Below are positions 63,903 through 64,000 of a stretch of 64,000 nt of DNA, one piece after another. The translations under genes were made by a program, and so were the position numbers. The stretch covers positions 6,590 to 70,589 of the forward strand of contig JAGPFA010000002.1 in the NCBI GenBank assembly GCA_018056765.1. The letters run 5' to 3'. The notes beneath the pieces were generated by a model, which was not told where the DNA came from, ran no database searches, and was given only the letters and a program-made list of their open reading frames with translations. This stretch comes from Syntrophaceae bacterium (GTDB taxonomy: Bacteria; Desulfobacterota; Syntrophia; Syntrophales; Smithellaceae). Numbering within the stretch: the stretch's first letter is position 1; the number at the start of each line of letters is the position of its first letter.

Positions 63903-64000
63903 TTAATCTGCCTCCGGGAAAACGCCTGCCTGCCGGTAACGGACAATCAGAAGACTGCCCCGGTTCACGCGGATTGTCGCCATGGGCGCGGTAATGATAT
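63903..64000 (-). CDS. 3' end of an unidentified upstream gene (open to the window edge)
   Basis: The minus-strand frame reads '..IITAPMATIRVNRGSLLIVRYRQAGVFPEAD*'. Its stop abuts the thiD start. It is too short to name. Confidence 0.3.
   Translation of the reverse strand, partial: IITAPMATIRVNRGSLLIVRYRQAGVFPEAD

Noticed and set aside
63903-64000. Possible TPP riboswitch upstream of thiD.
   Set aside because: No CUGAGA or ACCUGAUCUGGAUAAUGC-type core is visible. Instead the region is an open minus-strand frame ending in a stop that abuts the thiD start.

Overview
This 64 kb window is a chromosomal segment of about 52-55% GC. All calls were made by eye from the sequence and the supplied ORF track. 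Family assignments rest on recalled motifs, not on searches, and start codons are best guesses.

The gene content suggests an anaerobic Desulfobacterota-like (sulfate-reducer-type) bacterium: a fused MetF/MetV-type methylene-THF reductase, GTP-PEPCK, short ThiC, a TRAP transporter and FadN-type beta-oxidation genes. This taxonomic guess is a weak inference.

Most of the window is housekeeping:
- trpS (3' end), scpA, scpB, rluB and ihfB.
- sodB, a ZnuA-like binding protein and an AmiC-type amidase.
- metF/metV and tRNA-Arg(CCG).
- aspS, gatA-like and gatB, followed by the thiolase and fadN beta-oxidation genes.
- RNase P RNA, an RNase HI, tRNA-Met(CAU) and the dnaG-rpoD block.
- hisA, hisB, hisG and hisI, then dctPQM.
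- pckG, cca, thiC and thiD.

Between about 19.5 and 33.6 kb lies an ABC-transporter-dependent (Wzm/Wzt) glycan locus. It holds galE, two methyltransferases and seven glycosyltransferases. It also holds a decayed GT2 fragment and an IVS/Avd-type four-helix-bundle gene. Its central part is clearly AT-richer than the flanks.

The most interesting observations are:
1. AspRS carries an in-frame C-terminal GatC module. It is followed by a shortened GatA paralogue whose Ser-cisSer-Lys amidase triad appears to be erased, and then by a normal GatB.
2. The primary sigma factor RpoD appears to lose its region 4.2 helix-turn-helix to an acidic tail.
3. An orphan F-type ATPase c-subunit gene with a signal-peptide-like extension is co-transcribed with an output-less double-Cache membrane protein, far from any a-subunit gene.
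4. A structured ~100-130 nt repeat family brackets the glycan locus, and a compositional break falls inside wzt.
5. A 12-unit heptanucleotide tandem repeat sits between the RNase HI gene and the rnpB promoter.

No CRISPR array, transposase, integrase or recognisable defence system was seen.
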